DNA from: an uncultured Actinomycetes bacterium
Lineage (GTDB): Bacteria; Actinomycetota; Thermoleophilia; Gaiellales; Gaiellaceae
Direction: 5' to 3'
Length of the DNA stretch: 64,000 bases
NCBI GenBank assembly: GCA_963814525.1
Contig: CAWFDH010000005.1
Coordinates: 88,786 to 152,785, forward strand
In this document: positions 43,642-52,616 of the stretch, piece after piece
How positions within the stretch are numbered: the first letter of the stretch is position 1
Layout of the letters: each line of letters begins with the position of its first letter
Notes under the pieces: generated by a model
What the model was told of the DNA's origin: nothing
Database searches by the model: none
Seen by the model: only the letters and a program-made list of their open reading frames with translations
Position numbers and translations under genes: made by a program

Positions 43642-44331
43642 CTAGGCGTCCCTGTCCGGGGCGAGAATCGGCGACGAGGCCTTGAACCCCCAGACGGTCG
43701 CGTAGATGCCGAGCCCCAGCTCCCAGATGAACTCGGGGATGGTGCAGACGCCCTGGAGAGTGCCGCCCGCGGCGGCGACGCCGAACAGCACGAGCGTGCC
43801 CGAGAGAATGTTCAGCGGGCCTCCGACGAGCCCGAAGATCGAGAGGCGCCGCGGCACCAGCTCGGACGCGTACATCAGGTAGCCGAGGAGAAGTCCGTTC
43901 CCCCAGCCCACCATGAAGCCGGGTCCCAGGATGAACGTCCAGTCCTTGAGCGCCGCGAGCGTGTAGGCGATCGTCCCCTCGTCGCCGCCGGCATTTTCCT
44001 GCGACAGCGTCACGATCGACAGGACGGCGAGGACGCCGACGAGAATGAAGACGGACTCGATGATGCGGGCCGTGACGTAGCCGAGCGCGAAGATGTGGTT
44101 CTGGCGCTTCACGATCGGATAGATCACGACCGCCGTGCCGATGTTCGCGAGGATCAGGATCACCTCCAGGAACGCTCCGAGGAGGATCCGGTTGGCGGAG
44201 CCGCCGCTCGCGACGTAGCCGGCCGGGTCGTCGAGAACCGGCTGGAAGAGGATGAGCGCCGGGATCGACGTTGCGAAGGTGATGAGGAACAGGACGCCGA
44301 AGGAGAACGAGATCCTTCTGGTCGGGCTCAC
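43642..44331 (-). CDS. DUF4386-like integral membrane protein
   Basis: Intact 229-aa ORF with six predicted TM helices. The pattern ...FLEVILILANIGTAVVIYPIVKRQN... is reminiscent of DUF4386. Confidence 0.6.
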   Translation of the reverse strand: MSPTRRISFSFGVLFLITFATSIPALILFQPVLDDPAGYVASGGSANRILLGAFLEVILILANIGTAVVIYPIVKRQNHIFALGYVTARIIESVFILVGVLAVLSIVTLSQENAGGDEGTIAYTLAALKDWTFILGPGFMVGWGNGLLLGYLMYASELVPRRLSIFGLVGGPLNILSGTLVLFGVAAAGGTLQGVCTIPEFIWELGLGIYATVWGFKASSPILAPDRDA

Positions 44332-44388
44332 GCGGGCTCCTTTCGTCGGGACACGCGCATCATTTCTGCTTTGCCGCGTCGATAACCA

Positions 44389-45204
44389 TCAGGCGACGAG
44401 GACGGCTCGGATCGCCTGGTCGCTCTCGTGGTCGGGCGACTCGGTGATCACGGTCGCCGGGCGCTCGAACCGCGAGAGCGCCTCGGCCAAGGGCTCGGCG
44501 CGCAGCGTGCCCTCGCCGTACGGCAGGTGCTTCGTCTCGTTGCGGTTGGCGTAGGCGATGTCCGAGAAGTGGATGTGGAACGGCGCGCCGTCCTCCAGCA
44601 CCGCGTCGGCGGCCGTGAGGATCTCCGCGAAGCTGTCGGCGTTCGTGAACGCGCCGTCGGTGACCGCGTGGAGGTGCGCGAAGTCGATCACCGGCCGCAC
44701 CCAGCCGGTACGGGAGGAGATCGCGACCACGTCGTCCATCGTCCCGAAGTCGCGCACCCGGCCCATCACCTCCACGCCGAATGCGACGACGCGCTCCTTC
44801 TCCTCGAGCCGCGCGCGCAGGGCCGTGAGCTGCTCGACGACCGAGTCGATCGACTCCTCGTGCGTACGCCCGAGGAGGAACCCCGGGTGGAAGACGACGA
44901 TCTCGGCGCCGCAGGCCACGGCCACACCGGCGGTGTGGTCGAGCATCCCGACCGCGCGCTTGTGCTTGCCCGCGTCGGGCTGGCCGAGGAAGGCAGCGAG
45001 CGGCGCATGGACGGAGAGCACGATGTCGGCCTCCCTGGCCGCGTTGCCCAGCCCGATCGCCCATTCCCATTCGGGCTTCATCCAGAAGCCGCCCGCGAAG
45101 TCGATCTCGCAGGCCGTGAACCCGCGCTCGACGAGGAGCGCGACGGCCTCTTCGGGACTGTCCCGGCTGGGAACGCGGGCCGGTCCGAAGCGAATCGCGC
45201 TCAT
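44389..45204 (-). CDS. AP-endonuclease-2 / endonuclease IV-like TIM-barrel protein
   Basis: From ATG 45204 (MSAIRFGP...): successive metal-ligand-like motifs SVHAP, VFHPG, GVEVMG, IDFAHLH, HIHFSD. The upstream part of the track ORF is non-coding-like. Confidence 0.65.
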   Translation of the reverse strand: MSAIRFGPARVPSRDSPEEAVALLVERGFTACEIDFAGGFWMKPEWEWAIGLGNAAREADIVLSVHAPLAAFLGQPDAGKHKRAVGMLDHTAGVAVACGAEIVVFHPGFLLGRTHEESIDSVVEQLTALRARLEEKERVVAFGVEVMGRVRDFGTMDDVVAISSRTGWVRPVIDFAHLHAVTDGAFTNADSFAEILTAADAVLEDGAPFHIHFSDIAYANRNETKHLPYGEGTLRAEPLAEALSRFERPATVITESPDHESDQAIRAVLVA

Positions 45205-45325
45205 GAACGCAGCGTATCCAGCCCCTGAGGCGCGGCCGTTTCGATTCTGCGATCGGGAACCAGCGGTACGCGTCTTCCTGGACGCGGATGCGTTGTCGTC
45301 CGACCGCCCTCTTACCGTTTTCTGC

Positions 45326-45565
45326 GTGAGTAAGCGGCCTACGCGGATCGAGCTGCTCGAGCTGGACATCGACGTCCGGCTGGCCGACCTCTGGGCGGAA
45401 GCGGCGGAGGTGACCGACTGGAGCCTCGAGGTCGTCGCTGCGTTCATGCGCGCCGCTTACGGCAAGGGCTACTGCGACGCGCTGACCGAGGACGATCCCG
45501 GCAGCCTGTGCCGCGACCACGGCTACCGCATCCCGTTGCGGCGGCCCATGCATACGCCCGAGTAG
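45326..45565 (+). CDS. small hypothetical protein (79 aa)
   Basis: The last part of track ORF 44558..45565 has coding-like composition (MSKRPTRIELLELDIDVRLADLWAEAAEVTDWSLEVVAAFMRAAYGKGYCDALTEDDPGSLCRDHGY...). I do not recognise a family, and the start is uncertain. Confidence 0.35.
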   Translation: MSKRPTRIELLELDIDVRLADLWAEAAEVTDWSLEVVAAFMRAAYGKGYCDALTEDDPGSLCRDHGYRIPLRRPMHTPE

Positions 45566-45602
45566 CGGCGTACGCGGTCGGTCCCGAGGGTAGACTCGAA
45601 GC

Positions 45603-45989
45603 GTGGCCAGGCGGAATCCCGCTCGTCTCGTGATCGCCCTCTCGGTTGCGGCCGTTCTGGCCGTCTTCCTGCTCTACACGAGCCTCGCCGGCGGCGCGAA
45701 GCCCGCGCTCCAGCCGAGCGAGCTCGCCTCGCACTCCGGCTCCGTCGTCCTCGGCGGCACCGTCGTCGGCCCGGTCACCGGCGATGCGCGCGGCGACGGG
45801 CTGCGCTTCACGATGCGGGACGTCAAGGGAACCGAGACCGTGGCGGTCGTCTACACCGGCTCCGTCCCGGACCTCTTCCGGACGGGGCGCGAGGTCATGC
45901 TCGAGGGCTCGCTCGAGAACGGCACCTTCGTCGCCGAGCCGGACTCGATGAAGACGAAGTGCCCGTCGAAGTACACGCCGGCCGAGTAA
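45603..45989 (+). CDS. ccmE: cytochrome c maturation haem chaperone CcmE, CxxxY variant
   Basis: An N-terminal TM anchor plus an OB fold (VYTGSVPDLFRTGREVMLEGSL). The haem-binding position reads KTKCPSKYTP, i.e. C-x3-Y instead of the canonical H-x3-Y. Confidence 0.85.
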   Translation: MARRNPARLVIALSVAAVLAVFLLYTSLAGGAKPALQPSELASHSGSVVLGGTVVGPVTGDARGDGLRFTMRDVKGTETVAVVYTGSVPDLFRTGREVMLEGSLENGTFVAEPDSMKTKCPSKYTPAE

Positions 45990-45996
45990 CTCCGCC

Positions 45997-47994
45997 ATGG
46001 CGCTTCTAGGCAGGGCCGCCCTGATCGTCGCCCTCGGGCTTCTTGCCTACGCGGTCATCGCGGGCGCGCATGCCGCCTACCACGGGCGCCGGCGCCTGCT
46101 CGAGTCGGCGCGCAACGCCCTCACGGGAGCCCTCGTCGCGATCGTCGTCGCCTCGGTCGTCCTGCTCGGCGCGCTCGCCTCGCGCGACTTCTCCTTCGCC
46201 TACGTCGCCGACCACACGAGCGAGGAGCTGCCGCTTCGGTTCGCGCTCTCGGCCTTCTGGAGCGGGCAGGAGGGCTCGCTGCTGCTCTGGCTGCTCGTCC
46301 TCGTCGGGATGAGCGTGGCCGCGCTCACGCTGAACCGCCGGCTGACCTCGAACGTGCTGCCGTGGACGATCCCGATCCTCGGCGCGATCGCGAGCTTCTT
46401 CGCCGTGCTGCTCGTGTTCGTCGCCAGCCCGTTCGCCACGCGCGCCGCCGTCGAGGACGGACTGGGCCTCAACCCGAGCCTCCAGAACCCGTACATGCTC
46501 GCCCATCCACCGCTCCTCTACCTCGGCTACGTCGGCCTGACGATCCCGTTCGCCTTCGCGATGGCCGCGCTGGCCTCGCGCCAGGTGGACGAGCGCTGGA
46601 TCGTCGCCACCCGCCGCTGGACGCTCGCCGCGTGGACGTTCCTCGGGATCGCGATCCTGCTCGGCGCCAAGTGGGCCTACGAGGAGGTCGGCTGGGGCGG
46701 CTGGTACGCCTGGGATCCCGTCGAGAACGCCGCGCTCATGCCGTGGCTCGTCGCGACGGCGTTCCTCCACTCGGTGATGGTGCAGGAGAAGAAGAACATG
46801 CTGCGCGTCTGGAACGTGCTGCTCGTCGCCGGCGCGTTCGTGCTCTCGCTCTTCGGGACGTTCCTCACGCGGAGCGGGATCCTCAGCTCGATCCACTCGT
46901 TCACCGAGTCGGAGATCGGGCCGTGGTTCCTCGGGTTCATCACCGTCGTGATCGCGGCGTCCACGGCGCTGATCCTCTGGCGGCTGCCGATCCTTCGCTC
47001 GCGCACGAAGCTCGAGTCGCTCGTGTCCCGCGAGGCGGCGTTCCTCTACAACAACCTGTTCCTCGTCGCCTTCGCGCTGACCGTGCTGTGGGGCGTGCTC
47101 TATCCGATCCTCTCGGAGGCCGTGCGCGGCGTGGGGGTGACCGTCGGGCCGCCGTACTTCAACTTCTTCGCGGTCGCGTTCGGGCTGCCGCTCATCCTGC
47201 TCATGGGGATCGGGCCGCTCGTCGCGTGGCGGCGCGCGTCGATTCCGGCCCTGGCGCGCTCGGTCGCGTGGCCGGGCGGGATCGCGATCGCGGTCGGCGT
47301 GCTGCTCCTGGCGCTCGGCGCCGGATCGAGCCCGGCGGGGCTCGTCGGCTACACGTTCTCGGCCTTCGTCCTCGCGGCGATCGGGCTCGAGTTCATCCGT
47401 GGCACCCGCGCGCGCAAGGCGATCGGCTCGACCTCGTGGCTGGGTGCGTTCACGAGCCTCGTCGGGCGCAACCGGCGCCGCTACGGCGGCTACGTCGTGC
47501 ACGCGTCGGTCGTCCTGCTCGTGATCGGCGCCATCGGGATCGGCGGGTTCGCGTCCCAGACGGAGGCGAGCCTCGCGCCCGGCGACACGGTGTCGGTGGC
47601 CGGCTACACGCTCACGTACCTCGGCGCGACACAGGCGCGCGGCGCGAACGCGGTCGAGCTGCGGGCGCGGCTGGCGGTGGAGCGCGACGGCAAGGATCTC
47701 GGCACGATCACGCCCGGGAAGAACCGCTACCTCGCCGAGGAGCAGACGTCGAACGAGGTGGCGATCCGCACCGATCCGCTGCGCGCGCAGGACCTGTTCG
47801 TGATCGCGGACGAGTTCGACGGCGAGAACGTGTTCGTGAAGGTGATCGTGAACCCGCTCGTGAACCTGATCTGGCTGGCCGGGCTCGTGTACCTGATCGG
47901 CGCGCTGGTCACGATGTGGCCCGACGCGCGCGAGCAGCGGCGCCTCGCACGACGCTTCTCCGAGCGCGACGACACCGCACCGCAGACCGCCTGA
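45997..47994 (+). CDS. ccmF: cytochrome c-type biogenesis protein CcmF
   Basis: Intact 665-aa polytopic ORF with the WWD motif WGGWYAWDPVENAALMPWL. Confidence 0.9.
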   Translation: MALLGRAALIVALGLLAYAVIAGAHAAYHGRRRLLESARNALTGALVAIVVASVVLLGALASRDFSFAYVADHTSEELPLRFALSAFWSGQEGSLLLWLLVLVGMSVAALTLNRRLTSNVLPWTIPILGAIASFFAVLLVFVASPFATRAAVEDGLGLNPSLQNPYMLAHPPLLYLGYVGLTIPFAFAMAALASRQVDERWIVATRRWTLAAWTFLGIAILLGAKWAYEEVGWGGWYAWDPVENAALMPWLVATAFLHSVMVQEKKNMLRVWNVLLVAGAFVLSLFGTFLTRSGILSSIHSFTESEIGPWFLGFITVVIAASTALILWRLPILRSRTKLESLVSREAAFLYNNLFLVAFALTVLWGVLYPILSEAVRGVGVTVGPPYFNFFAVAFGLPLILLMGIGPLVAWRRASIPALARSVAWPGGIAIAVGVLLLALGAGSSPAGLVGYTFSAFVLAAIGLEFIRGTRARKAIGSTSWLGAFTSLVGRNRRRYGGYVVHASVVLLVIGAIGIGGFASQTEASLAPGDTVSVAGYTLTYLGATQARGANAVELRARLAVERDGKDLGTITPGKNRYLAEEQTSNEVAIRTDPLRAQDLFVIADEFDGENVFVKVIVNPLVNLIWLAGLVYLIGALVTMWPDAREQRRLARRFSERDDTAPQTA

Positions 47995-48293
47995 TGGACG
48001 CTGTCGCCCTGGCGCTCGCCGCGCTCCTCGTCATCGGGTGCGTGGTCTTGGTGGCCTGGCCGTTCGTCCGCGAGCCGGCTCCTGCGGACGACAGCCTGGC
48101 TCGGCTGAGCCCGCCTGAGCGCGAGCGATTGCGGCTCGAGGAGGAGCGCGACCGGGCGCTCGCGGCGCTGAAGGAACTTGAGTTCGACCACCGCACGGGT
48201 AAGGTTTCCGACGAGGACTACCGGCTGCAGGTCGGCGAATTGCGCCGTCAGGCCGGGGAGGCGCTGCGGGCCTTGGACGAGGTTCGCGGGTGA
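47994..48293 (+). CDS. small TM + coiled-coil protein downstream of ccmF (no CxxC motif)
   Basis: ATG 47994 overlaps the ccmF stop (TGATG). It has an N-terminal helix (VALALAALLVIGCVVLVAW) followed by a charged helical region. Confidence 0.5.
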   Translation: MDAVALALAALLVIGCVVLVAWPFVREPAPADDSLARLSPPERERLRLEEERDRALAALKELEFDHRTGKVSDEDYRLQVGELRRQAGEALRALDEVRG

Positions 48294-48327
48294 AGGGACG
48301 TTCCACCGCCTCTCGAACCTCGCAGCC

Positions 48328-49497
48328 ATGGGAGTTGGACGCAGAAAACGCCTGATCTTTCTCGCGCTCCTTGCCGGAGCGCTCCTCGCGGCGCCCGGCG
48401 CCGTGGCGCAGAGCCTCGACGGGAAGATCAACGCGCTGCGAAACCAGATCGCGAGCGCGAAGGAGAAGGAGGGCGTCCTCTCCAGCGAGATCGCCACGGC
48501 CGGCGACGGGATCGTCGCGCTCGAGGGCGACATCGGCGAGCTCTCGACCGAGGTCGCGAACCTCGAGCGCGAGCTCGAGTCGCACCGCGACCGGCTGGCC
48601 CGCCTCGAGGCCAAGATCGAGTATCAGACACGCCACGTAAATCGGCTCGACCGCGATCACCGGATCGCGCAGGAGATGCTCGAGCGCCGGCTGGTCGCGC
48701 TCTACGAGTCGGACCAGATGGACACGATCGAGATCCTGCTGGGCGTCAGGAGCCTCGGCTCGCTCGTCGACTCGATCGAGTACTCGAACCAGATCGGCGC
48801 CCAGGACCGCGCAGTTGCCGCGCGACTCCGGACGCTCGAGGCGGAGATGCGCGCGGCCCGGCGCGAGACGGCGGCGACCCGCACGGAGGTCTCCGAGCAG
48901 ACCGCGGTGATCGCCGTCAAGACGGCCGCGGCGCAGAAGGCGCGGGACGATCTCGTCTCCCGCCAGAACGCGCTCGAGGCGGCGCGAAGCGAGAAGGCGG
49001 GCCTCCTGGCCGGGATCAAGTCGAAGCGGAAAGACCACGAGGAGGATCTCGACGCCATGCTCGCGGCCAGCGCCGCGCTCGCGGCGCAGATCCAGGCTGG
49101 GAGCTCCGGCGGCTCGTCCTCGGGCCCGCCGTCGGCCCACGGGTTCATCTGGCCGGTGTCCGGCCCGGTGACGAGCGGGTTCGGCCCGCGCTGGGGCCGG
49201 ATGCACGAGGGAATCGACATCGGCGCCGGGACCGGTACCGCGATCCATGCCGTCGCGGCCGGGACGGTCATCTACGCAGGCGTGATGGGCGGGTACGGGA
49301 ACATCGTCGTCGTCGACCACGGCGGCGGCGTCTCGACCGCGTACGCGCACATGTCGGCCATCTGGATCGGCGGCGGCACGGTGTCGCAGGGCGCGAGCCT
49401 CGGTGCGGTCGGCTGCACGGGCCATTGCTTCGGGTCGCACCTGCATTTCGAGGTGCGCGTGAACGGCTCGCCCGTGGATCCGCTCGGCTACCTGTAG
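48328..49497 (+). CDS. M23 family metallopeptidase with an N-terminal coiled coil (EnvC-like murein hydrolase)
   Basis: From ATG 48328: a signal peptide, a long heptad-rich region, then HEGIDI, VVVDHGGG and the GSHLHFEV zinc motifs. Confidence 0.85.
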   Translation: MGVGRRKRLIFLALLAGALLAAPGAVAQSLDGKINALRNQIASAKEKEGVLSSEIATAGDGIVALEGDIGELSTEVANLERELESHRDRLARLEAKIEYQTRHVNRLDRDHRIAQEMLERRLVALYESDQMDTIEILLGVRSLGSLVDSIEYSNQIGAQDRAVAARLRTLEAEMRAARRETAATRTEVSEQTAVIAVKTAAAQKARDDLVSRQNALEAARSEKAGLLAGIKSKRKDHEEDLDAMLAASAALAAQIQAGSSGGSSSGPPSAHGFIWPVSGPVTSGFGPRWGRMHEGIDIGAGTGTAIHAVAAGTVIYAGVMGGYGNIVVVDHGGGVSTAYAHMSAIWIGGGTVSQGASLGAVGCTGHCFGSHLHFEVRVNGSPVDPLGYL

Positions 49498-49544
49498 CCC
49501 GACGACGCATCGCGCAGCCGCTCGGGTCGTCCCTTCGCGCGGAG

Positions 49545-50104
49545 CTAGCGCGGCGCAGGACGTGGAGCCCGGGGAGGCCGCGGTAGCGCCCGTCGAGGTC
49601 GAAGCCGTAGCCCACGAAGAACTCGTCCGGCGCGGTGAAGCCGACGTAGCGGATCGGCAGGTCGTCCACGAGCCGCCGGTACGGCCGGTCGATGAGCGTG
49701 CAGACCGCGAGCGAGGCCGGATCGCGCAGCGCCAGCGCCTTGAGGATGTAGTTCAGCGAGAGCCCCGTGTCGACGACGTTCTCGACGACGACGACGTTGC
49801 GCTCCCTGATCGGCTCGTCCAGATCCTTGAGGAGCCGAACCGACGAGCCGTCACCGAACGGCGACGAGTAGCCGGCCACCGAGACGAAGTCGAGCGCGTG
49901 GGGGATCCGGGTCGCGCGCGAGAGGTCGCTGCCGAAGACGACCGCGCCGCGCAGGACGATGACGAGCAGCAGGTCGCGCCCGGCGTAGTCCGCCGCGATG
50001 GTCTTGCCGAGCTCGCCGACGCGCGCCGCGATCTGGTCGGCGTCCATGTAGACCTCGCCGAGCCGGTGCGGCCGAACGGGTTCGAACGCCGGATCGGCGC
50101 TCAT
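49545..50104 (-). CDS. hpt: hypoxanthine phosphoribosyltransferase (3' end uncertain)
   Basis: PRPP loop VVVVENVVDTGLSL. As assembled, the ORF reads on to 49268, antisense to the M23 gene. A TAG in an adjacent frame at 49545 would give a normal ~185-aa length, so a terminal indel is likely. Confidence 0.8.
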
Positions 50105-50116
50105 CGGGGGGAGTTC

Positions 50117-50509
50117 CTACGCGGCGTAATCGAGGCCGAACCTCTCGACGATCCGTTCGATGTCGCGCTTGTAGAAGAGCCTGACCTTCACGTCCGGGTA
50201 TCGCTCGCGGAGCTTGCGCATCTTGCGGTTCTTGCGGGTCACGAGGGACTGGCGCATGGTTGTGACCTCGATGTAGAGATTCTGCTCGGGCAGGTAGAAA
50301 TCCGGGCAGGCGGCCTCGATGACGCGGCCCTCGGAGTCCTCCTCGAGCGTGAACGAATGGGGTTCATAGGCCCAGGGGATGCGGTAGTAGTCGAGGAGCC
50401 GCGCGACCTCAAGTTCTGCCTGGTTGACGAAACGCGGTGGATCGACCCCGCAATATGCCTGGAAACCGAGGGTTTCTTCGGGCACGCAAAGGACGGTAGC
50501 AACCGGCAC
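50117..50509 (-). CDS. small PD-(D/E)XK-like (TnsA/Vsr-like nuclease fold) protein, function unknown
   Basis: ELEVARLLDYYRIPWAYEP...CPDFYLPEQNLYIEVT matches the E...PDF...(D/E)x(K/T) layout of restriction-endonuclease-like folds. GC content is visibly lower than in the neighbours. The TTG start given by the track (50560) would abut the divergent gene, so GTG 50509 is preferred. Confidence 0.45.
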   Translation of the reverse strand: MPVATVLCVPEETLGFQAYCGVDPPRFVNQAELEVARLLDYYRIPWAYEPHSFTLEEDSEGRVIEAACPDFYLPEQNLYIEVTTMRQSLVTRKNRKMRKLRERYPDVKVRLFYKRDIERIVERFGLDYAA

Positions 50510-50559
50510 GGACGTCCCCCACTTACGATGTAGACAGGCGTTCCGCCGACTCAGCCGCA

Positions 50560-51345
50560 ATGTTCCGAATCGCCCACATCTCCGACCTCCACTGCGGGTC
50601 GCCGCACTTCGTCGCGAACCTGCTCGACCGCGCGATCGTGGAGGTCAACGACCTGAAGCCCGACGTGGTCGTGTGCTCCGGTGACCTCACGACGTTCGGC
50701 TACAGGCCCGAGTACGCGGAGGCGGCGGAGTACCTCGCGAAGCTCGAGTGCGAGCGGCTCGTGGTCGTTCCCGGCAACCACGACTCGCGCAACGTCGGCT
50801 ACATCCACTTCGAGGAGTTCTTCGGCTCGCGCAGCTCGGTCGTGCACGTGAACGGGACGACCGTCGTCGCGGTCGACTCGTCCGAGCCCGACCTCGACCA
50901 CGGGCAGATCGGCCGCGGCCGCTACGAGTGGATCGCCGAGCAGTTCTCCGAGCCGGCCGACTTCCGCGTGTTCGTCCTCCACCACCATCTGCTGCCCGTC
51001 CCGGGAACGGGGCGCGAGCGCAACATCGTCCACGACGCGGGCGACACGCTCGAGGTGCTCCAGAGCGCCGAGGTGAACCTGGTGCTCTCCGGCCACAAGC
51101 ACGTGCCGTACGCCTGGAAGCTCGAGAACATCTTCGTCGTGAACGCCGGCACCGTCTCGACCCTGCGCCTTCGCGGCCGCGGGCGCCCCTGTTACAACCT
51201 GATCGAGGTGGACGAGCGCCACGTCGACGTCTGGCGCAAGTACCCGTTCCACGGACAGGAGCGGATCATCCAGTTCTCGATCGACACGCTCGAGTTCGAG
51301 AAGTACACAGGCCGGATCGACGCGGAGATCAAGTCCCGGCCATGA
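50560..51345 (+). CDS. metallophosphoesterase (calcineurin-like, archaeal-type); first gene of the cDPG operon
   Basis: Intact 261-aa ORF with SDLHCG, SGDLTTFG, PGNHD, VLHHHL and SGHKH. Confidence 0.8.
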   Translation: MFRIAHISDLHCGSPHFVANLLDRAIVEVNDLKPDVVVCSGDLTTFGYRPEYAEAAEYLAKLECERLVVVPGNHDSRNVGYIHFEEFFGSRSSVVHVNGTTVVAVDSSEPDLDHGQIGRGRYEWIAEQFSEPADFRVFVLHHHLLPVPGTGRERNIVHDAGDTLEVLQSAEVNLVLSGHKHVPYAWKLENIFVVNAGTVSTLRLRGRGRPCYNLIEVDERHVDVWRKYPFHGQERIIQFSIDTLEFEKYTGRIDAEIKSRP

Positions 51346-52616
51346 AGGCGCTGGCGCTGATCGACGGGGAGCACTACGCGGACGTGGTCACGGACGCGTT
51401 CGCCGAGCTTCCGTACGAGATCGTGGGAGCGGTCGTCCTGGGCGGGACCGAGAAGCTGAAGGGCGGGGAGGACTACGGCGTGCCGCTCTACGCGACGCTC
51501 GCCGAGGGGCTGGAGCGCGCGGGGGCCGAGACGGTCGTCGACCTCTCGGACGAGCCGGTCGTGAGCCCGCGGGACCGCATGGCGATCGCGAGCGAGGTGC
51601 TCGCCGCCGGGCTCACGTACGTCGGTGCCGACTTTCGCTTCGAGCCCGTGTCGTTCGCACCGTTCCCGCTGCCCGCACTGGCCGTGATCGGGAGCGGCAA
51701 GCGCGTCGGCAAGACCGCCGTCGCCGGCCACGTCGCACGGCTGCTCTCGGAGTCGCGCTCGGTCGTCGTCGTCGCCATGGGCCGCGGCGGTCCGGCCGAG
51801 CCGATCGTCGCCGCCGAGCCTCCGGACGTGAACGACCTCCTCGAGCTCGCCCGCTCGGGCTCCCACGCGGCGTCGGACTACCTCGAGGACGCTGCCCTGG
51901 CACGCGTTCCCACGGTCGGCTGCCGGCGCGCCGGCGGCGGTCTCGCGGGCGCTCCGTTCGTCTCCAACGTGGAGGAGGGCGCCCGCCTCGCGGCCGAGCT
52001 GAATCCCGACCTGGTGATCTTCGAAGGAAGCGGCGCGGCGCTGCCGCCGATCGACGTCGCCGCGCGCGTGCTCGTCGCCGGCGGCGCGCAGGATCCCGAG
52101 ATCGTGGCCGGCTACCTCGGCGCGTACCGGATCCGCGTCTCCGACCTCGTCGTCCTCACCGGCTGCGAGGAGCCGCTCGTGACCGCCGAGCAGGTCGAGC
52201 GCCTGCGCGAGGCGATCGCCGCGGTGAAGGACGTGCCGGTGATCGCGACCGCGTTCCGCGTCGCCCCCGTGGAGCCGATCGAGGGGAAGCGCGTCGCGCT
52301 CTTCACGACCGCGCCCGAGGCGGTGCACGACGCGCTGCGCGAGGGCCTCGAGCGCGACCACGGCGCCGAGGTGCTGGCGGTCTCCGGAAACCTGTCGAAC
52401 CGCAGCGCGCTGCGCGAGGACCTCGAGCGCGCCGAGGTGCGCTCCGCCGACGCCTACGTCGTCGAGATCAAGGCCGCGGCGATCGACGTCGTCGCCGAGA
52501 CGGCGGCCGAGCGTGGCGTCGAGACCGTCTTCGCCGACAACGCGGTCGTCCCGCTCCCCGGCGAGCGGAACCTCGACGAGGCGCTCGAGCTCCTGGTCCC
52601 CGAGGTGGTGCGATGA
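51342..52616 (+). CDS. cpgS: cyclic 2,3-diphosphoglycerate synthetase-like protein
   Basis: From ATG 51342 (ATGA overlap): MKALALIDGEHYADVV..., P-loop-like GSGKRVGKTAV, ...VIFEGSGAALPP... From memory this matches the archaeal cDPG synthetase family. 424 aa, intact. Confidence 0.78.
   Translation: MKALALIDGEHYADVVTDAFAELPYEIVGAVVLGGTEKLKGGEDYGVPLYATLAEGLERAGAETVVDLSDEPVVSPRDRMAIASEVLAAGLTYVGADFRFEPVSFAPFPLPALAVIGSGKRVGKTAVAGHVARLLSESRSVVVVAMGRGGPAEPIVAAEPPDVNDLLELARSGSHAASDYLEDAALARVPTVGCRRAGGGLAGAPFVSNVEEGARLAAELNPDLVIFEGSGAALPPIDVAARVLVAGGAQDPEIVAGYLGAYRIRVSDLVVLTGCEEPLVTAEQVERLREAIAAVKDVPVIATAFRVAPVEPIEGKRVALFTTAPEAVHDALREGLERDHGAEVLAVSGNLSNRSALREDLERAEVRSADAYVVEIKAAAIDVVAETAAERGVETVFADNAVVPLPGERNLDEALELLVPEVVR

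Noticed and set aside
47589-47596. Second TGTCGGTG (RecA-NDp-like half-site) inside ccmF
   Set aside because: It is intragenic with no -10 element. By base composition about two chance hits of this 8-mer are expected in the window. This also weakens the significance of the copy upstream of dinB.
48294-48327. Cyclic-di-AMP (ydaO-type) riboswitch upstream of the M23 cell-wall hydrolase
   Set aside because: The upstream spacer is only ~34 nt, too short for the element.
49268-49544. Long C-terminal extension of Hpt overlapping the M23 gene antisense
   Set aside because: The extension is Arg/Ser/Ala-rich and non-homologous. A TAG at 49545 in a neighbouring frame gives a normal-length enzyme. I treat it as read-through caused by a terminal indel.
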